In this document: piece by piece, positions 27,761-37,929 of the stretch
Position numbering within the stretch: the first letter of the stretch is position 1
Layout of the letters: each line of letters begins with the position of its first letter
NCBI GenBank assembly: GCA_958439195.2
Contig: CAXXOC010000026.1
Location: 339-64,338 of the forward strand
Length of the DNA: 64,000 nt
Origin: an uncultured Rhodobacteraceae bacterium
GTDB lineage: Bacteria > Pseudomonadota > Alphaproteobacteria > Rhodobacterales > Rhodobacteraceae
Direction: 5' to 3'
Made by a program: the position numbers and the translations under genes
Notes under the pieces: generated by a model
Told to the model about the DNA's origin: nothing
What the model saw: the letters and a program-made list of their open reading frames with translations, nothing else
The model's database searches: none

Positions 27761-28221
27761 ACGCCCCCCATACGTTTCAGAATATCGGTCAGCGCATCCA
27801 GATCAGCCTCGGACAGGTTGGCAAAACGCCGCGACACCTCGGCTTCATGCCCGGCGGCCAACACCTCGAACTGTGCCAGACCTTCGGGCGTCAGCGCCAC
27901 AAACACCGTGCGCCGGTCCGTCTCCGACGGGGTCCGCCGCACCAGCCCATCCTTTTCCAGCCGGTCCACGACCGTGGTCGCGTTGCCGTTCGATACCAGC
28001 AGCATCCGGCTCAACTCGCTCATCGTCACACCGTCACGGCGCCGATACAGCGCCGCCATCACGTCAAAGCGTGGCAGCGTCGTGTGATGTTGCAGCCGCA
28101 GGAATTCGCGCAGGTCGCTTTCCGCCACCCGCGTCACGCCCAACAGCCGGATCCACATCTTCAGCCGCCGTTTCGACAACGGGTCCGCCTTCGGTTGATG
28201 GTCAGATCTCGGTGCGTTCAT
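27757..28221 (-). CDS. MarR family transcriptional regulator
   Basis: [66 protein letters not shown] is a MarR winged helix. It is embedded in the catabolic operon with ATGA overlaps on both sides. Confidence 0.85.
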   Translation of the reverse strand: MNAPRSDHQPKADPLSKRRLKMWIRLLGVTRVAESDLREFLRLQHHTTLPRFDVMAALYRRRDGVTMSELSRMLLVSNGNATTVVDRLEKDGLVRRTPSETDRRTVFVALTPEGLAQFEVLAAGHEAEVSRRFANLSEADLDALTDILKRMGGV

Positions 28222-28961
28222 GCCTCTCCCCCCGAAATCACGATGCCCTGCCCATTCACGCCCGCCGCCCCGTCGGACGCAAGCCAAAGTGCCGCCGATG
28301 TCACCTCATTGGGGCGATAGAGCCTGTTTTGCGGGCTGATCCCCTCCAGCGCCGCCCGTGCCTCGGCCAAGGTCCGCCCGGTCTTTTCCGCGATCACCTT
28401 GATGGAATGCTCGGTCATCTCGGTGTCCAGAAAGCCGGGGCAGATCGCGTTCACCGTCACCGGACCCCGCGCCACCTCCAGCGCCAGCGACCGCACGATC
28501 CCCATCACCCCATGCTTGGCCGCCGCATAGGGGGCCACCTTGGCATAGCCCTTCACCCCCGCCGTCGACGCCACCGCAATCAACCGACCCCAACCGTCAA
28601 ACTGCCGCATCCCTTCCCGAAAGGTCAGGAACACCCCCGTCAGGTTCACCGCCAGCATCGCGTTCCACTGTTCCAGCGTTGTCCGCGCAAAGGGCGCGGA
28701 ATCCGCCTGCCCCGCATTGGCGATGACCACATCCACCCGCCCCGCCTGCGCAAACAGCGCCTGAACCGATGCCTCGTCCGTCACATCGCAGGGCAGCGCG
28801 CGGATCGCCCCATGCTGCGCCGCCACCCCCTCCAGCGCGGCCACCCGCCGCCCGCAGATCACCACTTCGGCGGCACCGGCACGGGCAAAGCCCAGCGCAA
28901 GGTCCGCCCCCGCACCCGACCCGCCCCCGGTAACCAGAACCCGCCGTCCCGTGATGCTCAT
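28218..28961 (-). CDS. Short-chain dehydrogenase/reductase (SDR)
   Basis: [16 protein letters not shown] (TGxxxGxG) and the catalytic YAAAKHG motif. Start taken at MSITGRR (28961), overlapping the upstream stop. Confidence 0.85.
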   Translation of the reverse strand: MSITGRRVLVTGGGSGAGADLALGFARAGAAEVVICGRRVAALEGVAAQHGAIRALPCDVTDEASVQALFAQAGRVDVVIANAGQADSAPFARTTLEQWNAMLAVNLTGVFLTFREGMRQFDGWGRLIAVASTAGVKGYAKVAPYAAAKHGVMGIVRSLALEVARGPVTVNAICPGFLDTEMTEHSIKVIAEKTGRTLAEARAALEGISPQNRLYRPNEVTSAALWLASDGAAGVNGQGIVISGGEA

Positions 28962-31243
28962 GCCCGGATCACCTCGACCGTCTTTTGCTGCAACCGCCGC
29001 ATCTGGTCGCGCCCGGCCAGATAGGGCAGCGGCCATTCGGTCGCAGCATCGCCCATCGCAACGGCGGCGTGAAGTGTCCAATAGGGATCGGCCAGATGCG
29101 GCCGCGCCAGACACACCAGATCGGCCCGCCCGGCCAGCAGGATGGAATTCACATGGTCGGGTTCGGTGATATTGCCCACCGCCATCGTGGCAATCCCCGC
29201 CTCGTTGCGGATGCGGTCCGAAAACGGCGTCTGGAACATCCGGCCATAGACGGGCCGCGCCTCCACCGATGTCTGCCCGGCCGACACGTCGATGATATCC
29301 GCCCCCGCGCCTGCAAACATCCGCGCGATCTGAACCGCCTCATCCGGCGTCACGCCCTCATCCCCCACCCAGTCGGTGGCCGAGATACGCACCGACATCG
29401 GCTTCTCCTCGCCCCAGGCCGCCCGCATGGCGCGCAGCACCTCCAAAGGCCATCGCATCCGGTTCTCCAGACGGCCACCATAGGCATCCGTGCGGATGTT
29501 CGATTTCGGGCTGATGAAGGAGGAAACCAGATAGCCATGCGCCGCATGCAGTTCGATCATGTCAAACCCGGCCCGTTTCGCCATTTCGGTAGCCGCCACA
29601 AACTCCGCCGTCACCGCCTCCATATCCGCCCGCGTCATTTCACGCGGCATGGCATTTCGCGCTGACCACGGCAGCGCCGAAGGCCCGATGATCTCCCAAT
29701 TCCCTGCGGGCAAAGGCGCGTCGCCCTCTTCCCAACCCACCTGCGTGCTGGCCTTCCGCCCCGCATGGCCGATCTGGCAGCAGATCCGCGCGTCGGTTTC
29801 CGCATGAACGAAATCCACCACCCGCTTCCACGCCGCCTCATGCTCTGGCGCATATAACCCCGGACAACCCGGCGTGATGCGCCCCTGCGCCGAGGTGCAG
29901 GTCATTTCCGTATAAACCAGCCCCGCGCCCCCCTTGGCCCGTTCGCCGTAATGCACCAGATGCCAATCCGTCGGGCAGCCCTCCACCGCCTTGTATTGCG
30001 CCATCGGTGACACGACGACGCGGTTCTTCAGCGCCATATTGCGCAGGCGGAACGGCGCGAACATCGGCCTGCGCCCTTTCATTCCACCCGCCTGTTCCTG
30101 AAACCAATCCTCGGTCCGGCCCAGCCATTCCGGGTCGCGCAACCGCAGGTTTTCGTGCCCGATCCGCTGGCTGCGCGTCAGCAGCGAATAGGCAAACTGT
30201 TCCGGCGGCAGGTCCAGATAGCGTTCCACCTGTTCAAACCATTCAAGGCTGTTGCGCGCCGCCGATTGCAGGCGCAACACCTCCACCCGCCGCTCATCCT
30301 GATACCGCTGAAAGGCCGCCTGCATATCGGGTTCCGAATGCAGGTATTCCGCCAGTGCAATCGCACTGTCAAACGCCAGCCGCGTGCCGGATCCGATGGA
30401 AAAATGCCCCGTCGCCGCCGCATCCCCCATCAGCACCACGTTTTCATGAAACCACGTCCCGCACACCACGCGGGGGAAATTCATCCACACCGCCGACCCA
30501 CGCAGATGCGCCGCGTTGGAAATCAGCGCATGCCCACCCAGATGCCGCGCGAAAATCTGGCGGCAGGTTTCCACCGTGTCCTCCTTGGACATGTCGGCAA
30601 AACCCCACTTGTCCCAGGTATCCTGCGCCATTTCGACGATGAAGGTCGCGGTTTTGTCATCGAATTGATAGGCATGCGCCCAGACCCAGCCATGCTCGGT
30701 CTTCTCAAAAATGAACGTGAACGCATCGTCAAATTTCTGCTCTGTCCCCAGCCAGACGAACTTGCACAGCCGCATGTCGATATCGGGCTGGAACACGCTT
30801 TCATATTCCCGCCGCACCGCCGAATTGATGCCGTCACAGGCCACCACGATGTCATACTCGCGGCGGTATTCCTCGGCCGATTTGAACTCCGTCTCGAATT
30901 GCAGATCGACACCCAATTCCCGCGCCCGCGCCTGCAACAGGATCAGCATCTGCTTGCGCCCGATGCCCGCAAACCCATGCCCGCCCGATACCGTGCGCAC
31001 CCCATCATGCACCACGGCAATATCATCCCAATAGGCGAAATGGTCCCGGATCGACTGGGTGGATACCGGATCATTCCGCGCCATCCGCCCCAGCGCATCA
31101 TCCGACAGCACCACCCCCCAGCCAAAGGTGTCGTTGGCCCGGTTCCGCTCCAGCACGGTGATCTGATGGCCCGGATCGCGCAGCTTCATCGAAATGGCAA
31201 AATAAAGTCCGGCAGGCCCGCCACCCAGACACAGTATCTTCAT
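28958..31243 (-). CDS. Fused FAD monooxygenase / Old-Yellow-Enzyme-like reductase (2-aminobenzoyl-CoA monooxygenase/reductase or salicylyl-CoA 5-hydroxylase type)
   Basis: 761 aa. N-terminal [19 protein letters not shown]-binding aromatic hydroxylase half. C-terminal OYE half ([10 protein letters not shown]...[18 protein letters not shown]...[17 protein letters not shown]). Confidence 0.85.
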   Translation of the reverse strand: MKILCLGGGPAGLYFAISMKLRDPGHQITVLERNRANDTFGWGVVLSDDALGRMARNDPVSTQSIRDHFAYWDDIAVVHDGVRTVSGGHGFAGIGRKQMLILLQARARELGVDLQFETEFKSAEEYRREYDIVVACDGINSAVRREYESVFQPDIDMRLCKFVWLGTEQKFDDAFTFIFEKTEHGWVWAHAYQFDDKTATFIVEMAQDTWDKWGFADMSKEDTVETCRQIFARHLGGHALISNAAHLRGSAVWMNFPRVVCGTWFHENVVLMGDAAATGHFSIGSGTRLAFDSAIALAEYLHSEPDMQAAFQRYQDERRVEVLRLQSAARNSLEWFEQVERYLDLPPEQFAYSLLTRSQRIGHENLRLRDPEWLGRTEDWFQEQAGGMKGRRPMFAPFRLRNMALKNRVVVSPMAQYKAVEGCPTDWHLVHYGERAKGGAGLVYTEMTCTSAQGRITPGCPGLYAPEHEAAWKRVVDFVHAETDARICCQIGHAGRKASTQVGWEEGDAPLPAGNWEIIGPSALPWSARNAMPREMTRADMEAVTAEFVAATEMAKRAGFDMIELHAAHGYLVSSFISPKSNIRTDAYGGRLENRMRWPLEVLRAMRAAWGEEKPMSVRISATDWVGDEGVTPDEAVQIARMFAGAGADIIDVSAGQTSVEARPVYGRMFQTPFSDRIRNEAGIATMAVGNITEPDHVNSILLAGRADLVCLARPHLADPYWTLHAAVAMGDAATEWPLPYLAGRDQMRRLQQKTVEVIRA

Positions 31244-31303
31244 CGCCCAAATCCCAGATGGCGCGGGATGCGCCCGTCGTTAAAAGCTACACCGCCTCAA
31301 AAC

Positions 31304-31359
31304 AATTTCAAGTTTGAAATTTTCGGGCTTGAAATTTTCGGGCTTGAAATTTTCCGGGC
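31304..31359. repeat. AT-rich palindrome plus 15-bp x3 direct tandem repeat in a divergent promoter region
   Basis: AATTTCAA-GT-TTGAAATT (~31304-31321) overlaps three head-to-tail copies of TTGAAATTTTCGGGC (~31314-31328, 31329-31343, 31344-31359; the third has one extra C). It lies between divergent gene starts at 31243 and 31379. Confidence 0.85.
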
Positions 31360-31378
31360 ACGGGCGAAGATCGGGATC

Positions 31379-32134
31379 ATGGACCTGATCATCGACCAGA
31401 TAGGGGGATGGGCGCGCCTGACCCTGAACCGCCCGGCGCAGAAAAACGCGCTGAACACCGCGCTGCTGGCGGCGCTGGCCGATGCGCTCACCGCCTTCGC
31501 CTCCGACCCCGCCACATGCGCCGTCCTGCTGACCGGGGCCGAAGGCAATTTCGCCGCCGGGGCCGATATCACCGAAATTGAACATAAAACCAGCCATGAC
31601 GCCGCCGCCGACCCGCGAAAAGGCCATTGGGCCGCGATCCGCGCCTTTCCCAAACCCCTTGTCGCGGCGGTGGATGGCTTTGCCCTTGGCGGTGGCTTTG
31701 AACTGGCGCTGATGGCCGACCTTATGGTGCTTGGCCCCACCGCCCGCCTTGGCCTGCCGGAAACCAACCTTGGCCTGATCCCCGGCGCAGGCGGCGGCCA
31801 GCGCCTGATGGCGCTTGCCGGCCGCGCCCGTGCCATGCGCATGGTCCTGACCGGTGAGGTGATCGACGCCGCCACCGCCCATGACTGGGGCATCGCCACC
31901 CATCTGGCCGACGGCCCCGCATCCGATATGGCCGAACCGCTGACCGCACGCCTTGCCACCCGCGCGCCCCTCGCGCTAATGGCCGCCAAGGCCGCGCTGA
32001 TCGCGGGCGAAGAAAAGACCCTCGCCCTGGCCGAAGAACGCGCCCGATTTGAATTTCTGCTTGATACCAATGACAAGGCCGAAGGCATCCGCGCCTTCCG
32101 CGCCCGCACCAGACCGGAGTTCAACGGGACATGA
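31379..32134 (+). CDS. Enoyl-CoA hydratase/isomerase family protein
   Basis: ARLTLNRPAQKNALNTALL...VLLTGAEGNFAAGADI...VAAVDGFALGGGFELALMADL is the crotonase signature. The track ORF from 30155 is an antisense read-through artefact upstream of 31379. Confidence 0.85.
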   Translation: MDLIIDQIGGWARLTLNRPAQKNALNTALLAALADALTAFASDPATCAVLLTGAEGNFAAGADITEIEHKTSHDAAADPRKGHWAAIRAFPKPLVAAVDGFALGGGFELALMADLMVLGPTARLGLPETNLGLIPGAGGGQRLMALAGRARAMRMVLTGEVIDAATAHDWGIATHLADGPASDMAEPLTARLATRAPLALMAAKAALIAGEEKTLALAEERARFEFLLDTNDKAEGIRAFRARTRPEFNGT

Positions 32135-33237
32135 CCATCGGCATCATCGGCCTTGGCGCCATGGGCCTTGGCATCGCGCAGGTCTATGCCGCCGCAGGAC
32201 ACACCATCCGCGCCACCGATGCCAGCACCGATGCCCGCCACACCGCCCCCGCGCGCCTGGCCGCCAGCCTTGCCCCGCGCGTGACCAAAGGCACCATGAC
32301 CAAGGCAGACCGCGATGCCATCCTCTCCCGCCTGCGCATCGTCGACCGCATCGAAGACATCGCCCCCGCCGATCTTGTGATCGAGGCGGTGGTAGAACGC
32401 CTCGCCGTGAAGCAGGCCGTGTTTTCGGTTCTGGAACCGCTCTTGTCACCCCATGCGGTGCTGGCCACCAACACCTCATCCCTGTCTATCGCGGCCATTG
32501 CGCAGGGCCTGCCCCGGCCAGACCGCCTGCTCGGCCTGCATTTCTTCAACCCCGCGCCCGTCATGCGCCTTGTGGAACTGATCCCACACGCCACCACCGC
32601 CCCCGACGCGATCGCCAAGGCGCGCACCCTGACCGAAGCCGCTGGTAAGACCGTCATCCAATGCGCCGACCGCCCGGGATTCATCGTCAACCGCTGCGCC
32701 CGCCCCTACTATGGCGAGGCGCTTGCCCTTCTGGAAGAAGGCCGCAGCGCGGGCGAGATTGACGCCGCCCTGATGGCCGCAGGTTATCGCCTTGGCCCCT
32801 TTGCCCTGATCGACCTGATCGGCGCCGACATCAACTTGGCCGCCACCGAAGGCCTGTCCGCCGCCATGAACCATCACCCGCGCTATCACGTCTTTGACGC
32901 GCTCAGGGCGCAGGTGGCGCGCGGCGATCTGGGCCGCAAAACCGGGCAGGGCTTCCTCTTTCCCGCGCCCGCCCCGCCCCCGCCACAGGATGCCGCCACC
33001 ATCGCCCTGCGGATCGAGTCAACCCTGATCAATGAGGCGGCATGGCTGCGCGCCGAAGGCGGCACCTCTGCCGATGGCATCGACACCGCGATGCAACTGG
33101 GCCTGAACTTCCCCCACGGCCCCCATGCCGCACTTGCCCATCACGGGCGCGACCGCGTGCTTGCCACCCTGTCCGCACTGGAACAGGCCGCCCCGCCGCA
33201 CCTGAAACGGCGCTACCTGCCGGCACCGGGCCTGTAA
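32131..33237 (+). CDS. 3-hydroxyacyl-CoA dehydrogenase (NAD-binding)
   Basis: IGIIGLGAMGLGIAQVYAAAGH Rossmann motif, ...TNTSSLSI...HFFNPAPVMRLVELI...FIVNR are HADH family motifs. ATGA overlap with the upstream hydratase. Confidence 0.85.
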   Translation: MTIGIIGLGAMGLGIAQVYAAAGHTIRATDASTDARHTAPARLAASLAPRVTKGTMTKADRDAILSRLRIVDRIEDIAPADLVIEAVVERLAVKQAVFSVLEPLLSPHAVLATNTSSLSIAAIAQGLPRPDRLLGLHFFNPAPVMRLVELIPHATTAPDAIAKARTLTEAAGKTVIQCADRPGFIVNRCARPYYGEALALLEEGRSAGEIDAALMAAGYRLGPFALIDLIGADINLAATEGLSAAMNHHPRYHVFDALRAQVARGDLGRKTGQGFLFPAPAPPPPQDAATIALRIESTLINEAAWLRAEGGTSADGIDTAMQLGLNFPHGPHAALAHHGRDRVLATLSALEQAAPPHLKRRYLPAPGL

Positions 33238-33304
33238 CCAGCCGCGGCCCCTTGCACCCTCCCCCCATCTGCCGCTGCACTGCGGAATGCCGCAACGCGG
33301 CGAA

Positions 33305-33334
33305 TTGACATTGAACGATTATGTCCTCTATGGA
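33305..33334 (+). promoter_or_regulatory. Candidate sigma-70-type promoter for the mutase gene
   Basis: Perfect -35 TTGACA (~33305-33310), an 18-nt spacer, then TATGGA. It lies ~45 nt upstream of a strong AGGAGG Shine-Dalgarno at ~33368. Confidence 0.3.
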
Positions 33335-33378
33335 TGCATCAGCGAAAGAAAATTGCCGAACTGATTCAGGAGGCCGCC

Positions 33379-35346
33379 ATGACCCCGCCCAAGAAAGAAG
33401 CGCCCTGGCTCTTCCGCACCTATGCCGGTCACTCCACCGCCCGCGCCTCCAACGCGCTTTACCGCAACAACCTGTCGCGCGGGCAGACGGGCCTTTCCGT
33501 GGCCTTCGACCTGCCTACCCAGACGGGCTATGACAGCGACCACGAACTCGCCCGCGGCGAGGTGGGCAAGGTCGGCGTCCCCGTCGCCCATTTGGGCGAC
33601 ATGCGCACCCTGTTCGACCAGATCCCGCTGGATCAGATGAACACCTCGATGACGATCAACGCCACCGCCCCTTGGCTGCTGGCCCTTTACATCGCCGTGG
33701 CCGAAGAACAGGGGGCCGATATCTCCGCCCTGCAAGGCACCGTGCAGAACGACATCATCAAGGAATATCTCTCGCGCGGCACCTATATTTGCCCGCCCAA
33801 GCCCTCGCTCCGCATGATCACCGACGTCGCGGCCTATACGCAGAAGCACCTGCCGAAATGGAACCCGATGAACGTCTGCTCCTACCACCTGCAAGAGGCA
33901 GGGGCGACGCCCGAACAAGAACTGGCCTTCGCGTTGGCCACCGCCTGCGCCGTGCTGGACGATCTGAAGGAAAAGGTCGCCCCCGCCGATTTCCCCAACA
34001 TGGTGGGCCGCATCTCCTTCTTCGTGAATGCGGGCATCCGCTTTGTCACCGAACTGTGCAAGATGCGCGCTTTCGTCGATTTGTGGGATGAAATCTGCGA
34101 AACCCGCTACGGCGTGACCGATCCGAAATACCGCCGCTTCCGCTATGGCGTGCAGGTGAACTCCCTCGGCCTCACCGAACAGCAACCCGAAAACAACGTC
34201 TACCGCATCCTGATCGAAATGCTGGCCGTCACCCTGTCGAAAAAGGCGCGCGCCCGTGCTGTCCAGCTTCCGGCCTGGAACGAGGCGCTGGGTCTGCCCC
34301 GCCCCTGGGATCAGCAATGGTCGCTCCGGATGCAGCAGATCCTCGCCTATGAAACCGACCTCTTGGAATATGACGACCTCTTCGACGGCAACCCCGCCAT
34401 CGACCGCAAGGTCGCCGAACTGAAAGACGGCGCGCGGCAGGAACTGGCCACGATCGACGCGATGGGCGGCGCTGTCGCCGCCATCGACTACATGAAAGGC
34501 CGTCTGGTCGAGGCGAACTCTGACCGCCTGTCAAAGATCGAAACAAAGGAAACCACCGTCGTCGGCGTCAACCGCTGGACCGAAGCCGCGCCCTCACCCC
34601 TCACCGCGGGCGACGGGTCGATCATGGTGGCCGATGCCGATGCCGAACGCGATCAGATCGAACGCCTGCAAAACTGGCGCGCCACCCGCAACGACGCGCA
34701 GGTCAAGGCCGCGCTGGATGCCCTGCGTCAGGCCTGCGCCACTGGGCAAAACGTCATGCCCGCCTCTGTCGCCGCCGCCAAGGCCGGGGCCACAACCGGC
34801 GAATGGGGGGCCGTGGTCCGCGCCGCCTTTGGCGAATACCGCGCCCCCACCGGCGTGTCACGCAACCCCTCCAACCGCACCGAAGGTCTGGAACCCATCC
34901 GCGACGCCGTCGCCGCCGTCAGCGCGAAACTGGGCAAACCCTTGAAATTCCTTGTCGGAAAACCCGGCCTTGATGGCCATTCCAACGGCGCCGAACAGAT
35001 CGCCGCCCGCGCCCGCGATTGCGGCATGGACATCCATTACGAAGGCATCCGCCTGACGCCCGCCGAAATCGTCGCGGCGGCGGTGGAACAAGAGGCGCAT
35101 GTCGTGGGCCTGTCCATCCTGTCAGGCAGCCACATCCCGCTGATCTCTGAAACGCTGGACCGGATGCGCGCCGCCGGCCTGTCCGACATACCGCTGATCG
35201 TCGGCGGCATCATCCCCGAAGACGATGCCGCACGCCTGCGCGCTATGGGCGTGGCCGCCGTCTACACGCCCAAGGATTTCGAACTTAACCGCATCATGAT
35301 GGATATAGTTGGCTTGGTAGACCAACAATCCGTCGCCGCACAATAG
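33379..35346 (+). CDS. ecm: Ethylmalonyl-CoA mutase (MeaA-type, fused B12-dependent acyl-CoA mutase)
   Basis: PWLFRTYAGHSTARASNALYRNNLSRGQTGLSVAFDLPTQTGYD is MeaA/Ecm-like. Single chain with a C-terminal B12-binding domain (KPGLDGHSNGAEQIA...VVGLSILSGSH). AGGAGG sits 5 nt before the ATG at 33379. Assignment to Ecm rather than another mutase subfamily is from recalled sequence similarity only. Confidence 0.78.
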   Translation: MTPPKKEAPWLFRTYAGHSTARASNALYRNNLSRGQTGLSVAFDLPTQTGYDSDHELARGEVGKVGVPVAHLGDMRTLFDQIPLDQMNTSMTINATAPWLLALYIAVAEEQGADISALQGTVQNDIIKEYLSRGTYICPPKPSLRMITDVAAYTQKHLPKWNPMNVCSYHLQEAGATPEQELAFALATACAVLDDLKEKVAPADFPNMVGRISFFVNAGIRFVTELCKMRAFVDLWDEICETRYGVTDPKYRRFRYGVQVNSLGLTEQQPENNVYRILIEMLAVTLSKKARARAVQLPAWNEALGLPRPWDQQWSLRMQQILAYETDLLEYDDLFDGNPAIDRKVAELKDGARQELATIDAMGGAVAAIDYMKGRLVEANSDRLSKIETKETTVVGVNRWTEAAPSPLTAGDGSIMVADADAERDQIERLQNWRATRNDAQVKAALDALRQACATGQNVMPASVAAAKAGATTGEWGAVVRAAFGEYRAPTGVSRNPSNRTEGLEPIRDAVAAVSAKLGKPLKFLVGKPGLDGHSNGAEQIAARARDCGMDIHYEGIRLTPAEIVAAAVEQEAHVVGLSILSGSHIPLISETLDRMRAAGLSDIPLIVGGIIPEDDAARLRAMGVAAVYTPKDFELNRIMMDIVGLVDQQSVAAQ

Positions 35347-35367
35347 GCCAAGCCTATCCCCTGCAAC

Positions 35368-35403
35368 AGGCGCGCGGATGGCGGTAAACCGTCATCCGCG
35401 CGC
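35368..35403 (+). terminator. GC-rich stem-loop after the mutase gene (possible terminator, no U-tract)
   Basis: 12-bp stem GGCGCGCGGATG-N12-CATCCGCGCGCC. Confidence 0.35.
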
Positions 35404-35479
35404 CCCCGCCGACCACCGTCTGGCCCTTTTCCCCGCCGCGCCCTTGGCATAGGTTGCGCAGCAGAGCAGGGGAAAGTTC

Positions 35480-36190
35480 ATGACAGTCCATATCGGCGCA
35501 AAACCCGGCGACATCGCCGAAACCGTCCTCCTCCCCGGCGATCCCTACCGCGCCCGCTGGGCCGCGCAGACGTTTCTTGAAAACCCGGTTCTGGTAAACG
35601 AAGTGCGCGGGATGCTGGGCTATACCGGCACCTGGAACGGCCACCGTGTCACCATCCACGGCACCGGCATGGGAATGCCGTCGATGTCGATCTACGCCAA
35701 TGAACTGATCCGCGATTTCGGCGCGCAAACCCTTATCCGCATCGGATCGGCGGGGGCGCTGCAAACCCATGTCAACGTGCGCGACATTGTGCTGGCCCAG
35801 GCCACCTCAACCCTTGGAACGCCGTCACGCTCCATCTTCAAGGAACTCCACTTCGCCCCGGTCGCCGATTTCACCCTGCTCGCCGCCGCGCACAAGGCCG
35901 CCACCGCGCGCGGCATCCCCACCCATGTCGGCGGCGTCTACACCTCTGACACCTTCTACGACGAACGGCAGGATCTGTCCGACCAACTGCAACGCCACAA
36001 CTGCCTTGCCGTGGAAATGGAGGCCGCCGAACTTTACACCCTCGCCGCCCGCTACAACCGCCGCGCGCTCGCGGTGCTGACCATTTCCGACCACATCCTC
36101 ACCCATGATGCGCTGCCCGCCGCCGACCGCGAACGCAGCTTCGGCGACATGGTCCAGATCGCGCTGGAGGCCGCCTTCACCACCGCGTGA
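35480..36190 (+). CDS. deoD: Purine nucleoside phosphorylase, DeoD type
   Basis: [30 protein letters not shown]...[33 protein letters not shown]...[11 protein letters not shown]. Confidence 0.9.
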   Translation: MTVHIGAKPGDIAETVLLPGDPYRARWAAQTFLENPVLVNEVRGMLGYTGTWNGHRVTIHGTGMGMPSMSIYANELIRDFGAQTLIRIGSAGALQTHVNVRDIVLAQATSTLGTPSRSIFKELHFAPVADFTLLAAAHKAATARGIPTHVGGVYTSDTFYDERQDLSDQLQRHNCLAVEMEAAELYTLAARYNRRALAVLTISDHILTHDALPAADRERSFGDMVQIALEAAFTTA

Positions 36191-36252
36191 TGGGCCTTTC
36201 CGAACCGCACGGTCCAGCGTAGCTATGCTGCCTGCCCCGGAAAGGACCGATC

Positions 36253-37188
36253 ATGAAAGCCGCCCGCATCCACGCCTATGGCGATGCCCACCAGATCCGC
36301 GTCGAAGACGCCCCCCTGCCCGCCATCGGCCCCGATGACGTGCTGATCCGCGCCGTCGCAGCCTCGGTCAACCCGGTTGACTGGAAAATCCGCCGCGGCT
36401 ATCTGGCCGCCATGCTGCCCTATGACATGCCCCTCACCCTTGGCTGGGATGTGTCGGGCATCGTGGAAAGCGTCGGGTCCGATGTGACCACCTTCAAACC
36501 CGGCGATGCCGTCTATTCCCGCCCCGACATCCGCCGCAACGGCACCTATGCCGAATACGTGGCCGTCCGCGCCCGCGAAGTGGCCCTGAAACCCACCACC
36601 ATCAGCCATGTCGAAGCGGCCTCCCTCCCCCTCGTCGGCATCACGGCATGGGAGGCGCTGATCACCGCCGCCGGAATGCAGCCCGGCCAGCGTGTGCTGA
36701 TCCATGCCGGTGCAGGCGGCGTTGGCTCCATCGCCATCCAGCTTGCCAAGGCGCGCGGCGCCCATGTCACCGCCACCGCCTCTTCGGGCAAATCCGCCCT
36801 CGTCCGCTCCCTCGGCGCGGATGAGGTGGTCGATTACCGCGACCCCGCCGCCTTTGCCGCTGCCCGCGACCTGGACATCGTGTTCGACACCATCGGCGGC
36901 GACACGCAGGACGCCTCCTGGGCCATGCTGAAACCGGGTGGCTTTCTCGTGTCCATCACCACGCCCCCCAGCCCCGAACGCGCGCAAGCCGAAGGCAAAC
37001 GTGCAGGCTTTGTGTTCATCGACCCGAACGCCGCCATCCTGCGCGACCTTGCGGCACTGGTGGACACCGGGAAAATCCGCCCCATCATCGGCGGCGAATT
37101 CCGGCTCGATGACGCGGCAAAGGCACAACTGGCCAGCGAAACAGGCCGCACGACGGGCAAAATCGTGATCTACACAGGCCAGCCATAA
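36253..37188 (+). CDS. NADPH:quinone oxidoreductase-like medium-chain dehydrogenase/reductase
   Basis: MDR/zeta-crystallin pattern: VLIRAVAASVNPVDWKIRRG...GQRVLIHAGAGGVGSIAIQLAKARGAHV. Confidence 0.85.
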   Translation: MKAARIHAYGDAHQIRVEDAPLPAIGPDDVLIRAVAASVNPVDWKIRRGYLAAMLPYDMPLTLGWDVSGIVESVGSDVTTFKPGDAVYSRPDIRRNGTYAEYVAVRAREVALKPTTISHVEAASLPLVGITAWEALITAAGMQPGQRVLIHAGAGGVGSIAIQLAKARGAHVTATASSGKSALVRSLGADEVVDYRDPAAFAAARDLDIVFDTIGGDTQDASWAMLKPGGFLVSITTPPSPERAQAEGKRAGFVFIDPNAAILRDLAALVDTGKIRPIIGGEFRLDDAAKAQLASETGRTTGKIVIYTGQP

Positions 37189-37227
37189 CGCCAGCCTTAG
37201 GGACAACCCTAACGGCATTCCTGCCCG

Positions 37228-37929
37228 CTACAGCGCGGCAATCTCCTCCGCGACCAGCCTCTGCAATTCCCACAGATACCGGTCGCGGATGCCCAGATCT
37301 TCCAGATGCCGCACGGTGTTGTGCAGATAGGCCGCGCAACTTCCCATATGCCCCGCCGCCCGCGCAATCCGCCGCGCCTGTTCCTCCAGCGGCAGGCGAA
37401 TGAAGATCGCCGGGTCCAGCGGCGCGGCATAAAACACCAGCGCCCGATGCACACCGCCCACCGCCCCCCGCACCTTCAACCAGCGGACCGAATCCAGATC
37501 CGCCTCATAGCCGATCTCCCGCCGCAGCAGCGCCTCCATAGCCGCCAGCCGGTCCTCATCGGGCAGGCGATAGGCCATCCCCCGGCAACTGCCGCCCCGC
37601 TCCAGCGCCAACATCAGCCCCGGCTGGTCCATCGTGCCGCGCCAACTGTCCAGATGAATGCAGAACGACCGCCGCCACCCCAGCAGCACCGCAGGCATCA
37701 CCTCTGCCGCCTCGAAGGCGGGCTTCCAGATCAACGACCCATAAGCAAAGGTCCAGACCGGCCCCTCCCCCGCCTCATCCAACAGCCGCGCGGCATGGCT
37801 GGCAAAATCCGCATCCTCCATCCACGGCACGCCCCCCCGTGCGCCATCCGTCTCCGGCTCCACCCTCTCAACCCGCGCGACCAGCTCTTCGGTCAGGTTC
37901 ATCCGTCTATTGACCATGGCTGCCATCAT
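37228..37929 (-). CDS. ChaC-like gamma-glutamylcyclotransferase
   Basis: WTFAYGSLIWKPAF...GLMLALERGGSCRGMAYRL are ChaC family motifs. An alternative start at 37902 (MNLTEEL) would remove the overlap with the upstream gene. Confidence 0.8.
   Translation of the reverse strand: MMAAMVNRRMNLTEELVARVERVEPETDGARGGVPWMEDADFASHAARLLDEAGEGPVWTFAYGSLIWKPAFEAAEVMPAVLLGWRRSFCIHLDSWRGTMDQPGLMLALERGGSCRGMAYRLPDEDRLAAMEALLRREIGYEADLDSVRWLKVRGAVGGVHRALVFYAAPLDPAIFIRLPLEEQARRIARAAGHMGSCAAYLHNTVRHLEDLGIRDRYLWELQRLVAEEIAAL

Noticed and set aside
31304-31359. Tandem repeats as a possible mini-CRISPR array.
   Set aside because: The units are 15 bp, directly abutting with no spacers, and no cas genes are in the window. 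It is a promoter-region tandem repeat.
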